The translations under genes were made by a program, and so were the position numbers. The notes below the pieces were generated by a model, which was given only the letters and a program-made list of their open reading frames with translations, was not told the DNA's origin and did not search any database. Positions 40,822-53,572 of a stretch of 64,000 nt of DNA are shown piece after piece. Every line of letters starts with the position of its first letter. Positions within the stretch are counted from its first letter, which is position 1. Source of the DNA: Chamaesiphon sp. (lineage in GTDB: Bacteria; Cyanobacteriota; Cyanobacteriia; Cyanobacteriales; Chamaesiphonaceae); the NCBI GenBank assembly GCA_965246715.1, contig CBDFFH010000034.1, positions 92,316 to 156,315 on the forward strand, given 5' to 3'.

Positions 40822-42420
40822 CTAAACCCCGACTCGCATGGGCGATCGAGTATGTTGGAAATCTACCACGATCGGGACGACGAGGGATGTCCCTGTCATA
40901 TCTTCAGGCTGCGGAATCTGGAGAATTTCCAGGATTGTCGGTGCGATATCAGCTAATTTACCATCATCGCGGAGGACGACATCGGTACCGTGACCGACGA
41001 TCGCCCGACGTTCGCCTTCGACTAAGATTAAGGGGACTTGATTAGTAGTATGCGCCGTCCAGGGATTGCCAGCCTCATCGAACATGTATTCCGCATTACC
41101 GTGATCGGCAGTAATTAGCGTCGTGCCGCCAACTTTACCCACACCTTCGAGCACTCGACCCATGCAAGCATCTACTGCCTCGATCGCGCGAATGGTCGGT
41201 TCCATTTTTCCCGTATGTCCGACCATATCGGGATTTGCATAATTAACCACGATCAGCGTATAAATCTGCTTAGCGATCGCGGCTAAGAGCGCGTCGGTTA
41301 CTGCGACTGCTGACATTGCGGGGGTGCGATCGTAAGTAGCGACCTGGGGACTAGGGATCAATTCCCGATCTTCACCTGGCAAAGGTTCCTCACGGCCACC
41401 ATTAAAGAAGTAGGTGACATGAGCGTATTTTTCAGTTTCTGCTAACCGAAATTGCTGTAATCCCAAATCTGAAATCGCCTCGCCGAGGAGATGCTGGAGT
41501 TGCTGTGGTTCAAACGCCACCAGGACAGGTAAAGTCGGGTCGTACTGGGTAAACGTAGCTACCGTCAGATCGCTAATTTGGGGACGAATGAATCCCGTGA
41601 AATTGCTACTAGCTAGGGCATGAGTAAGCTGTCTGGAACGATCGGGTCGGAAATTAAAGAAAATTAACCCATCACCAGATTCGATCGCCCCTGGAGCGAT
41701 TTTAGTGGGTGTGACAAATTCATCGGTTTTTTCTTCGGCATAACTAGCGGTTAGGACTGCTGTGGCAGTTTGTCCGGTGCCATCGCCTGCTGCGGTCATG
41801 ACATCGTAGGCTAGCTTAACTCGATCCCAGCGATTATCGCGATCGAGTGCATAATAACGACCGCTAATGGTGACGATTTTACCAACACCAATTTCGGCGA
41901 TTGCTGTTTCAATTTTTTGGACGGACAAGATCCCATCTTGAGGATTGGTATCCCGGCCGTCGGTGATAACATGGATACAAACTTCTGTAATGTTTTGCGC
42001 TTTCGCTAGCTTCAACAAGCCAACGAAGTGATCCAGATGCGAATGGACTCCACCATCGGAACACAGTCCGAGAATGTGCAGCTTCCGCTGACTCTGTTTG
42101 ACCGCATCACAAACTTTTAGCAGCGCGGGATTCTGTAAAATACTACCATCCTTAACTGCATCTGAAATTCGGACTAATTCTTGCGGGACGATCCTACCAG
42201 CACCGATATTTAGATGTCCGACTTCCGAATTACCCATTTGGCCGTCAGGTAGTCCTACCGCGCGTCCGGATGTATCTATGAGTGTGTGCGGATAAGCAGC
42301 CCAAAGGCTATCGATATTTGGTGTCTGAGCTTGCGCGATCGCATTTCCTTCAATGTCTGGGCGATATCCCCAACCATCTAAAATTACTAGCACCACTGGA
42401 GCTACAGGTGCTTGCGCCAT
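40822..42420 (-). CDS. gpmI: 2,3-bisphosphoglycerate-independent phosphoglycerate mutase
   Basis: ILDGWG, MGNSEVGH, PDMVGHTG and ADHGNAE motifs. Confidence 0.97.
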   Translation of the reverse strand: MAQAPVAPVVLVILDGWGYRPDIEGNAIAQAQTPNIDSLWAAYPHTLIDTSGRAVGLPDGQMGNSEVGHLNIGAGRIVPQELVRISDAVKDGSILQNPALLKVCDAVKQSQRKLHILGLCSDGGVHSHLDHFVGLLKLAKAQNITEVCIHVITDGRDTNPQDGILSVQKIETAIAEIGVGKIVTISGRYYALDRDNRWDRVKLAYDVMTAAGDGTGQTATAVLTASYAEEKTDEFVTPTKIAPGAIESGDGLIFFNFRPDRSRQLTHALASSNFTGFIRPQISDLTVATFTQYDPTLPVLVAFEPQQLQHLLGEAISDLGLQQFRLAETEKYAHVTYFFNGGREEPLPGEDRELIPSPQVATYDRTPAMSAVAVTDALLAAIAKQIYTLIVVNYANPDMVGHTGKMEPTIRAIEAVDACMGRVLEGVGKVGGTTLITADHGNAEYMFDEAGNPWTAHTTNQVPLILVEGERRAIVGHGTDVVLRDDGKLADIAPTILEILQIPQPEDMTGTSLVVPIVVDFQHTRSPMRVGV

Positions 42421-42714
42421 GTTATTCTTCACCCTTTAATTGTTGAGAATAAAGTCATCGCTATCATAGCAGGGAATCGGAATTAGGGATAGATAGTAAG
42501 AGCGTACAGGCGATCGCGATCTGATGATGAGCCTGGGTTCGAGCGGCGGAAGTTGAGTTTACACTACCAAAAGATCTGTGTCATCGCGATTTATTGGTGT
42601 TCGAGCGAATCTCAAAGTTCCAACCTGCTACACCACTGGCGAGTAGACCGATCGACCAAAAACCCCAAGCAAGCAATCCCAACCTGTGCCACAATGATCT
42701 AGTCGAGCGGGTAA

Positions 42715-44370
<1,656 letters not shown>

Positions 44371-44553
44371 CTTGTAGTTCACCACTCCAACACTAGTTGG
44401 CCCACCTTGGCTTGGCAAGCTTAAAAGATCGCGCCTAGTAACAACAGCTGTCGATACCGTCGATCGACAGCTACCGTAAGATCCGAGAATTCATAAGCTT
44501 CATTAAATTCGCTAGATTTATCGACAAGACGTGAGAAATTAGAAGAATATTAA

Positions 44554-45630
<1,077 letters not shown>

Positions 45631-45803
45631 ATAACCCAGTTTTCGGATTATTCTATTGTCGCAGGAGCGATCGTTTTTTGCACTTCCCTTAGAGATCGAT
45701 CGATTCCTCAAGATATATCCTCGCGAAAATTGGCCGGAATGGATCGATCGACGGGCAGAATACAAGGTGAAATTTAATATCTTAGATCTCTGTTTCGATT
45801 ATT

Positions 45804-46709
45804 TCATTTTGGTGCAACGTTGTTGAGTTGAATCGCTTCGAGTTGAAGTTGTCGCCATCTTTCGGTGCGGCTGGTGCGTTGTTCTGGGGTGATAGTTTGG
45901 TAGCACCGATCGCAACAGATGCCAGGTTCGTAGTGGGGAGACGTAAGAGCTGCGGGGGAGAGGGGGTTGCCACAGCCCCAGCAGAGCTTGTGCGTGCCCG
46001 GTTCTAGCCCGTGGGTGATGGCGACTCGATCGTCGAAAACGAAGCATTCGCCTTGCCAGTGGCTCTCGGCAGCGGGGACTTCTTCGAGGTATTTGAGGAT
46101 ACCGCCTTGGAGATGGTAGACGTTTTCAAAGCCTTGGTTTAATAGATAAGATGTGGCTTTTTCGCAGCGGATCCCACCCGTACAAAAGAGGGCGATTTGT
46201 TTGTGGCGTTCGGGATCGAGATTATTGGCGACGTATTCGGGAAATTCGGTGAAGGAGTCGGTGTGCGGATCGATCGCGCCTTTGAAGGTACCGATTTCGA
46301 CTTCGTATTGGTTGCGGGTGTCGATGACGAGTACGTCGGGATTGGAAATTAATTGATTCCAGTCTTGAGGTTTGACATAGGTGCCGACGGTTTCGGTGGG
46401 ATTGGTGGTGGGGATGCCGAAGGTGACAATTTCTCGTTTGAGTCGGACTTTTAGCCGATCGAATGGTGGTTTTTGGGCGATCGATTCTTTGGGTTCTAAA
46501 TCGGCAAAGCAGGGATCGGCTCTGAGGTAAGCGAGGACGGCATCGATACTCGATCGAGTGCCAGAAATCGTGGCATTAATTCCTTCGGCAGCTAGCAGAA
46601 TCGTGCCTTTAATTTGGTGTTGCTGACAGATATTTAGGAGTGGTTGGCGGCGCTCGGTGTAATCAGCTAATGTGACGAATTTATAAAAGGCGGCAATAAC
46701 TTGGGTCAT
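45804..46709 (-). CDS. trhO: rhodanese-domain tRNA uridine(34) hydroxylase (UPF0176/TrhO)
   Basis: EGINAT, DTRN.YE, FCTGGIRCEK and GECFVFD motifs. Confidence 0.88.
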   Translation of the reverse strand: MTQVIAAFYKFVTLADYTERRQPLLNICQQHQIKGTILLAAEGINATISGTRSSIDAVLAYLRADPCFADLEPKESIAQKPPFDRLKVRLKREIVTFGIPTTNPTETVGTYVKPQDWNQLISNPDVLVIDTRNQYEVEIGTFKGAIDPHTDSFTEFPEYVANNLDPERHKQIALFCTGGIRCEKATSYLLNQGFENVYHLQGGILKYLEEVPAAESHWQGECFVFDDRVAITHGLEPGTHKLCWGCGNPLSPAALTSPHYEPGICCDRCYQTITPEQRTSRTERWRQLQLEAIQLNNVAPK

Positions 46710-46945
46710 AACTGTTGCTTATTCATCAAATATTTTAATTGAAACTGATGTGTTTATAGGGATCGGTTTTGCTGTCAAGCATCCAGCCTCAATGATTGAG
46801 AGATCTTGCAAACTATTAAGACAAATTACTGAATTAGGCTTACTCATCGATACTCGATCGCAAACGGTCTACCAGCATACAGTTTGGATCGATAACTTAG
46901 TCGAAGATAATAACTAGAACTTTAGGCAATTTGTGCCCCCAGCCC

Positions 46946-47914
46946 ATGAATATCGTCGTGGATGGTCGCTATCAAATTATAAAACGGCTCGGTAAAGGTG
47001 GGTTCGCACACACTTATCTGGCAAAGAATCTCACGGCTCCAGGCGAGCCAAAATGCGTTGTGAAGCAACTGCGCCCGAAGGTGACTCATCCTCGGATGTT
47101 GCAGCTATTTAAACTCGAAGCAGCGATCCTCGCCAGGTTCAAGCACAGTCAGATTCCCAAATCGGTAGACTGTTTCGAGCATCAGGGGGATTTTTTCCTA
47201 GTTCAGGATTTCGTGGCAGGAGACGATTTGAGCAAGGAATTTACAATCGGCCATAAGTGGCACGAGGCTAAGGTCGTCCAATTTCTCCAAGAAATGCTCC
47301 GCGTAGTGGGTTACGTCCATCAGCAAAATGCCATTCATCGCGATATCAAACCCACGAATATCATTCGGCGCTGGGATAATGGCAAGTTATGTTTGATTGA
47401 TTTTGGAGCCGTACAGGACTTGGAAAATAAGTCTGCTCTAGCTACAGTGGTGGGAACTCCAGGCTATCATGCACCCGAGCAAGCTAATGGGGTGGCTACT
47501 TTTGGTAGCGATATCTATGCATTGGGGATGACTGCGATTCAGTTTTTGACGGGACAGTATCCATTACACTTACCAAAAAATGCAGCAGGCGAGGTTGTGT
47601 GGCGGGATTTAGCAAATGTTAGCGATCGACTGGCACAGATCTTAGATGATATGACACGGGTTGAGGAGATCGATCGCTACGACTCTACTTCAGCAGTGTT
47701 GAGAGATTTAGAGACTCTAGAGATCGGCGCTGATGACTGCGATCTCAGCTCGGCGACACAACTACTCGACAGATCTAGCCATCAACTATTCACTAGTAAA
47801 ATTATGGCGGTTGCGCTGCTGTGTGGATTGGGCATAATTAGCACGATCGCGATTGTCAATCGAGCGCAAGTTTCGGAAGCTAATATTGGCAATGAAGTAA
47901 TAATCGATCGCTAA
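46946..47914 (+). CDS. Ser/Thr protein kinase with C-terminal TM helix
   Basis: GKGGFA, VVK, HRDIKPTN, DFG and APE motifs. Confidence 0.92.
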   Translation: MNIVVDGRYQIIKRLGKGGFAHTYLAKNLTAPGEPKCVVKQLRPKVTHPRMLQLFKLEAAILARFKHSQIPKSVDCFEHQGDFFLVQDFVAGDDLSKEFTIGHKWHEAKVVQFLQEMLRVVGYVHQQNAIHRDIKPTNIIRRWDNGKLCLIDFGAVQDLENKSALATVVGTPGYHAPEQANGVATFGSDIYALGMTAIQFLTGQYPLHLPKNAAGEVVWRDLANVSDRLAQILDDMTRVEEIDRYDSTSAVLRDLETLEIGADDCDLSSATQLLDRSSHQLFTSKIMAVALLCGLGIISTIAIVNRAQVSEANIGNEVIIDR

Positions 47915-48033
47915 ATTAACGCTAAATATTTTTCACCGATCGCGAATGCGAATCGAGCGAGAATCGATGGTATTTGCGGTAAGATCGGACGAGCTAATTA
48001 ACCTCAGTCCGGTCACCCCGCTTCAAGTTCACT

Positions 48034-48810
48034 ATGTCTACTCCATTGCGTATTTTCCAAGTCGATGCGTTGCAGGTTGAGGTTTATCGTGAGGAGGCGG
48101 ATTTAGTCGGTAGTCTAGTCGAGCAGACTCGATCGTACCTCAGCGCGATCGCCGCACGACAGAGTACACTCTCCGCGATTTTAGCTTCTGGTGGCTCGCA
48201 GATTAAACTGCTTGAGGCGTTGACTGAGTGTAAGGACATCGATTGGGCGCGGATGACGTTGTTCCATCTGGATGAATATTTGGGGATTGGGGGCGAGCAT
48301 CCAGCTAGTTTTCAACGGTACATGCGGGAATTAGTAACAGCAAAGGTGACACCGCAGCAGTTCAATTATTTAGCGGGAGATACGCTCGAACCAATGGCGG
48401 AATGCGATCGATATGCGCGATTGCTGTCAGCACAACCGATCGATCTTTGTTTCTTGGGCATTGGCGAGACAGGGCATATTGCCTTTAACGAGCCGGAAGT
48501 GGCAGATTTTCACGACCCGTATCCAGTGAAATTGGTAAAGTTGGCAGCTAAATCGCGGCAACAACAGGTAGCCGGGGGCTTTTTCGATCGGATTGAAGCG
48601 GTACCTCAATATGCTTTGACTTTAACGCTACCGACAATTTGCCAAGCCAAGAAAATTTGTTGTCTGGCAATCGGCGCAAAGAAAGCGAATATTGTCAAAA
48701 CGATGTTAGCAGGCGAAATTACGGCTGAATGTCCGGCATCGATTTTGCGGAAATATCCTACAGCAACGTTGTATGTAGATGAAGCAGCAGCTAGTTCATT
48801 TGGAAAATAA
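48034..48810 (+). CDS. glucosamine-6-phosphate deaminase/isomerase family protein
   Basis: LDEY, LGIGETGHIAFNEP and PASIL motifs. Confidence 0.88.
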   Translation: MSTPLRIFQVDALQVEVYREEADLVGSLVEQTRSYLSAIAARQSTLSAILASGGSQIKLLEALTECKDIDWARMTLFHLDEYLGIGGEHPASFQRYMRELVTAKVTPQQFNYLAGDTLEPMAECDRYARLLSAQPIDLCFLGIGETGHIAFNEPEVADFHDPYPVKLVKLAAKSRQQQVAGGFFDRIEAVPQYALTLTLPTICQAKKICCLAIGAKKANIVKTMLAGEITAECPASILRKYPTATLYVDEAAASSFGK

Positions 48811-48927
48811 TGGATAGTTTGAGGTTTGGAACGAGCGTCGGACTACTATCGTCAGGTTAAATGATGGGTGACGATCCTCTCTGGCAATCTTTGACATCGT
48901 TGTCGATTTTCGGTAGAGGTAAAATTG

Positions 48928-49404
48928 ATGAAAGCTTTAGGAGCGATATTTATTTGTATTGGTCTACTGCTGAGCGGAGCTGAATGGGCGCTTGCCGCAA
49001 ATTTCGGTAGCAATCTTGTCACTCTCGATCGAAATAGCGTTGAGTCTAGTAATGAGATAGATAGTGATGGCGTTGGCTCCAGTACGATTAGTTTCAATCG
49101 CGCAGATTTAAGGAAACCGCACATTTTGCGAGTGTATGGAATGCGCGATAACTCGCTCGTACCAATGGAGCGAGTTGAAGTGAAAATGAATGGCAAGATT
49201 ATAAAAACGATCGCAGGCGGCTCTTTAGAAGTGGATCTCGCACCGATGATGACTGCGGGACGCTATGAAATAAATGTTTCAGGTAAGTCAACTAGGTTAG
49301 ATACCGCAATTTCACTATATTTTATCGGGACGCATGTGAAGATCTCTCAACAATCTTCAGGTACTGGAAAAATCGAGCGTAAGTTAATTATTAATGTCCG
49401 GTAA
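48928..49404 (+). CDS. hypothetical exported protein
   Basis: Signal peptide and beta-rich body; GAGG RBS upstream. Confidence 0.7.
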   Translation: MKALGAIFICIGLLLSGAEWALAANFGSNLVTLDRNSVESSNEIDSDGVGSSTISFNRADLRKPHILRVYGMRDNSLVPMERVEVKMNGKIIKTIAGGSLEVDLAPMMTAGRYEINVSGKSTRLDTAISLYFIGTHVKISQQSSGTGKIERKLIINVR

Positions 49405-49452
49405 TCGATCGCTTCGATCGAGAATTTAGATGTTGCCGAGCTAGCAGTTTTT

Positions 49453-50259
49453 TCAATTCCCATGTCGATCGATCTCCCTATCCTCCCCCTGCTCATCAGC
49501 TGAAGCACTAGCAATGACCGTCACACCTAAATTTTTATATCTGATAAGTTGCTCGGTGGATACTGTCGGCGCAGTTACTAGATAAGTTAGGGATTGAATC
49601 GAACCCACTATATACGCCGCTGCCGTATCTAATTTCGCCGCAGTTGCCAATCCTACCACTTCGGCAGATCTGGCGATCGTGGCGCGTTTGACATAGGCTT
49701 CATTTAAATTTTGGACGCTAATCCCGATCTCGGGATGGAGACTGCACACGCCCAGCAAGCAAATATCGGCACGGATCGCGTTGAGGGCTTCGATCGTCGC
49801 AGCACCGACATTTACCAATGCCCGCTTATCCATTTGTCCGCCGAGCATCACGACTTCTATTAGGGGATGTTCGGCTAACGCGATCGCGATCGGGGGACTA
49901 TTCGTAACGATGGTAGCTTGTAAATCTAGCGGTAAGTGACGAGCGACTTGAAGTGTGGTCGTGCCGCCATCTAAAATAACTACTTGCCCAGGACGGATCA
50001 ACTTCGCCGCAGCTCGGGCGATCGCTTTTTTTTCTAATGGTGCTTGCTTTTGGCGATCGGCATAACTAGCGGTAGCTGGTGATGCGGGCAGCGCCCCACC
50101 ATGAACGCGCTGTAATAATCCTTCCAATGCCAGTTCTCGTAAATCTCGCCTAATCGTATCCTCAGACACCTTCAGTACCGCACTCAATTCTGAAGAGAGT
50201 ACTTTGCGATCGCGTTTGAGGATCTCCAGAATAAATTGTCGCCGCTCCGCTGTCAACAC
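49453..50259 (-). CDS. DeoR/GlpR family transcriptional regulator
   Basis: VSEDTIRRDL HTH; RVHGGA; LDGGTT; VTNS. Confidence 0.93.
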   Translation of the reverse strand: MLTAERRQFILEILKRDRKVLSSELSAVLKVSEDTIRRDLRELALEGLLQRVHGGALPASPATASYADRQKQAPLEKKAIARAAAKLIRPGQVVILDGGTTTLQVARHLPLDLQATIVTNSPPIAIALAEHPLIEVVMLGGQMDKRALVNVGAATIEALNAIRADICLLGVCSLHPEIGISVQNLNEAYVKRATIARSAEVVGLATAAKLDTAAAYIVGSIQSLTYLVTAPTVSTEQLIRYKNLGVTVIASASADEQGEDREIDRHGN

Positions 50260-50420
50260 GATCGAACTTACCTAAATTTGCGTGTTTAGTCTTGAAAATG
50301 CACGTTTGTGAGTGTAAACTCATTTGTAAATTCATTATTAACGATAAAGTCGGCAGTTTCAACTAGATCGCCGCATATTCCGGCAAAGATCTCGATTCAA
50401 ATCCTATTTAAGAAAAACCC

Positions 50421-52331
50421 ATGACTACAGCTACAGCTTTTCCGATCGATCTGAGCAAATATCAACAAATAACTCTCGACCCCAGCGTTCACACCCTCAC
50501 CGACGCACAACGATCGAGCCTCAAAGCCAACATCCAACTGTGTCGCGATGCAATTATCTTCTTTACTGCCACTGGTGCCGCTCGCGGCGTGGGTGGACAT
50601 ACCGGCGGCCCTTATGACACCGTACCTGAAGTCATGATTCTCGATGCGCTCTTTCGGGGCAATTCGGCACAGTTTGTACCGATCTTCTTTGACGAAGCGG
50701 GACACCGGGTTGCGACTCAATATTTAATGGCAGCATTGCACGGCGACTTACCGATCGAACGGTTGACACAATACCGTGCAGCACATTCACATCTCCCCGG
50801 ACACCCCGAACTTGGCTTCACTCCTGGCGTAAAATTTAGCTCGGGTCGATTGGGCCACATGTGGCCTTATGTCAATGGCGTGGCCATGGCAAATCCTGGC
50901 AAAACCGTTTTCTGTCTGGGTTCCGATGGTTCGCAACAAGAAGGTAACGATGCCGAAGCGGCACGGCTAGCTGTTGCGCAACATATTAATGTCAAGCTGA
51001 TTATCGACGATAACGATGTGACGATCGCCGGACATCCTTCCGATTATCTCCCTGGCTTTACAGTAGCTAAAACTCTTGCCGGACAAGGCATCAAGGTTTT
51101 AGAAGGCAATGGCGAAGATCTCGACGATCTCTATCGTCGCATTTGTGAAGCGATCGCATCTCCTGGCCCAGTTGCCGTCATCAACCATCGTCCGATGTCC
51201 GTTGGCATTGAAGGGATCGAAGGTACAACCCACGGACATGACGTTATTTCGGTCAAGGCGGCACTCATTTATTTAGAACAACGCGGTTTAACCGACGCAG
51301 TGAATTTCTTAAAAGCGATCGAAACGCCAAAAAATCCCGATAAATTCATCGGCTCTGGTGACAAATGGGGTTCCAATCGCAACGTCTTCGGCGATGCGGT
51401 GGTATCGGTACTGGGTGAAATGAGTGAAACCGATCGTAAAGCTAAAGTATTGGTCATCGACAGCGACTTAGAAGGCTCTTGCGGTCTGAAAACCATTCAC
51501 GACAAGCACCCCGAAGTATTCATTCCTTCCGGCATCATGGAACGGGGGAATATTTCTGCTGCTGCGGGATTTGGGATGGAGAAAGGCAAACAAGGGATTT
51601 TCGCCACCTTCGCCGCTTTCTTGGAAATGTGTATTTCCGAAATTACCATGGCCCGGTTGAATAAATCCAATCTGTTGTGTCACTTCTCCCATTCAGGGAT
51701 CGATGATATGGCCGATAACACCTGTCACTTCGGTATCAACAACTTCTTCGCTGACAATGGTTTAGAAGATGGTTATGAAACGCACCTGTATTTCCCCGCA
51801 GATGCCGCCCAAATGACCGCTTGTGTTAAATCGGTCTTCCACAATCCAGGGATGCGGTTTATCTTCTCCACTCGCTCCAAAACTCCAAATATTCTCGACC
51901 CGAATGGCAAGGATTTATTCGGTGGAGACTACAAGTTTGTGCCTGGTAAAGATGAAGTCGTGCGTGAAGGTACCGCAGGCTATATCGTCAGTTTTGGCGA
52001 TACATTATATCGCGCTGCCGATGCCGTCGAACGTCTCAACCAAGAGGGTATTAATGTTGGGTTAATCAACAAGTCCACATTGAATGTCATCGATGAAGAA
52101 ATGATGGCAAAAATCGGCAAGGCTCCATTTGTGCTAGTAGTCGAAGCATTCAACCGTCGCACCGGATTGGGTAGTCGGTTTGGATCGTGGTTATTAGAAC
52201 GTGGTTTGACTCCAAAATTTGCTTTCTTGGGCACCCATATCGAAGGTTGTGGTGGTTTGTGGGAACAGTATCCTCACCAAGGTATCGATCCCAACAGCAT
52301 CATGAATAAAGTTAAGGAGCTGCTGAAATAA
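50421..52331 (+). CDS. transketolase-like TPP-dependent enzyme
   Basis: GGHTGG, LPGHPE, SGRLG, GSDG..QEG..N TPP motif, GIMER. Confidence 0.88.
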   Translation: MTTATAFPIDLSKYQQITLDPSVHTLTDAQRSSLKANIQLCRDAIIFFTATGAARGVGGHTGGPYDTVPEVMILDALFRGNSAQFVPIFFDEAGHRVATQYLMAALHGDLPIERLTQYRAAHSHLPGHPELGFTPGVKFSSGRLGHMWPYVNGVAMANPGKTVFCLGSDGSQQEGNDAEAARLAVAQHINVKLIIDDNDVTIAGHPSDYLPGFTVAKTLAGQGIKVLEGNGEDLDDLYRRICEAIASPGPVAVINHRPMSVGIEGIEGTTHGHDVISVKAALIYLEQRGLTDAVNFLKAIETPKNPDKFIGSGDKWGSNRNVFGDAVVSVLGEMSETDRKAKVLVIDSDLEGSCGLKTIHDKHPEVFIPSGIMERGNISAAAGFGMEKGKQGIFATFAAFLEMCISEITMARLNKSNLLCHFSHSGIDDMADNTCHFGINNFFADNGLEDGYETHLYFPADAAQMTACVKSVFHNPGMRFIFSTRSKTPNILDPNGKDLFGGDYKFVPGKDEVVREGTAGYIVSFGDTLYRAADAVERLNQEGINVGLINKSTLNVIDEEMMAKIGKAPFVLVVEAFNRRTGLGSRFGSWLLERGLTPKFAFLGTHIEGCGGLWEQYPHQGIDPNSIMNKVKELLK

Positions 52332-52352
52332 TTAGCATTCAAGCTTGATATC

Positions 52353-52401
52353 GACGCAACGGAACCCCAACTTCTTAGAGAAGTTGGGGTTCCGTTGCGT
52401 C
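52353..52401. terminator. long perfect hairpin / terminator
   Basis: GACGCAACGGAACCCCAACTTCT-tag-AGAAGTTGGGGTTCCGTTGCGTC (23-bp stem). Confidence 0.7.
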
Positions 52402-52579
52402 AATAAGCGATACATTCTTAACAAATCATGTGGTTAGTCTCTTAATCAAAATTAAGAGAGCGAGTAAGATAGAGACCTTAAAATATCTGTCAGTCATGAA
52501 GAATACTTAATCTACCGATGGAAAAATAAACTTGATAAAGTTATAATACAGTAGTTAAACGTGAGTTCTTCAGATCGAC

Positions 52580-53410
52580 ATGGCAAGGAAAGTAGAAGAA
52601 GGAAAAAAGCTAAAGATATTTATCGCCTGTCCGATAGGTTCGGAAAATAGCCCAGAAAGACAACGTTCGGATAAACTTCTTAAGTATGTAATTTATCCCG
52701 TCGTCAAAGATCTGTTTAAAGATGACCCAGAGAAAATAGTAATACGCGCAGATCAAATGGGTGAACCTGGTCGTATTACAGTTCAAGTTCTAAGAGAACT
52801 AACAACTGCTGATGTTGTTATTGGGGATGTGACTGGAACTAATGCGAATGTAATGTATGAGATTGGTATTCGCCAAGCGCTTATGCGTCCTTTTGTCCTA
52901 ATGGCCGAAAAAGGACAACACCTTCCTTTCGATCTCAATGATTTGAGAACTGTTTTCTACACATTAGATCTCGACAACTTTGAACTAGCTCAACGGGAGC
53001 TTAGGTTACACCTTGAAAAAGCTATGTCTGGCAGCACTTCAACAATTGATGAGGCTCTGTTCAATACAGTAAATAATGATAAGACTATGGGAAGTGAGAC
53101 CGTAGCTCAATCTAGTAAGTCTAGTCAAAACTTACTTGCAGTATTAGAAGTTTGTGAAACGATACTTCATGAAGCTCAAAGTTCAAAAGATTTACTGTAT
53201 CAGATTGGTAATATTGTACTTGAGATAAAAGGATCGAAGGAGGAAAAACAAAAAGCTCAGGAACAAGAAATGGGAATGATGATTATGTCGCAACTTATCC
53301 AAAACCCAGATAGTATTGAAAAAATTGTACCTGCCTTACAATTATTTTCAAGTTTTGCTAAGCAGCCGTCAGATGAATTATCTACACCAGACTCTCTAGT
53401 TGAAGAATGA
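52580..53410 (+). CDS. nucleoside 2-deoxyribosyltransferase/TIR-like flavodoxin-fold protein with helical C-terminal extension
   Basis: IFIACPIG, RAD, ADVVIGDVTGTNANVMYEIG and LPFDL..LRT motifs. Confidence 0.75.
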   Translation: MARKVEEGKKLKIFIACPIGSENSPERQRSDKLLKYVIYPVVKDLFKDDPEKIVIRADQMGEPGRITVQVLRELTTADVVIGDVTGTNANVMYEIGIRQALMRPFVLMAEKGQHLPFDLNDLRTVFYTLDLDNFELAQRELRLHLEKAMSGSTSTIDEALFNTVNNDKTMGSETVAQSSKSSQNLLAVLEVCETILHEAQSSKDLLYQIGNIVLEIKGSKEEKQKAQEQEMGMMIMSQLIQNPDSIEKIVPALQLFSSFAKQPSDELSTPDSLVEE

Positions 53411-53572
53411 GTTAAGTAAGAGAACATGGAGATATGGAGATCGAGTAAATTTTAATAATGACTTAATGTAATCGATTAAATAGATCCGATCGGTTTAGAT
53501 GATACCCTGTGCCGATCGTGTAGAAATGTTAAGATAAAGACAGTAAGTTATTTTATTGTCTCGATCGCGCAC

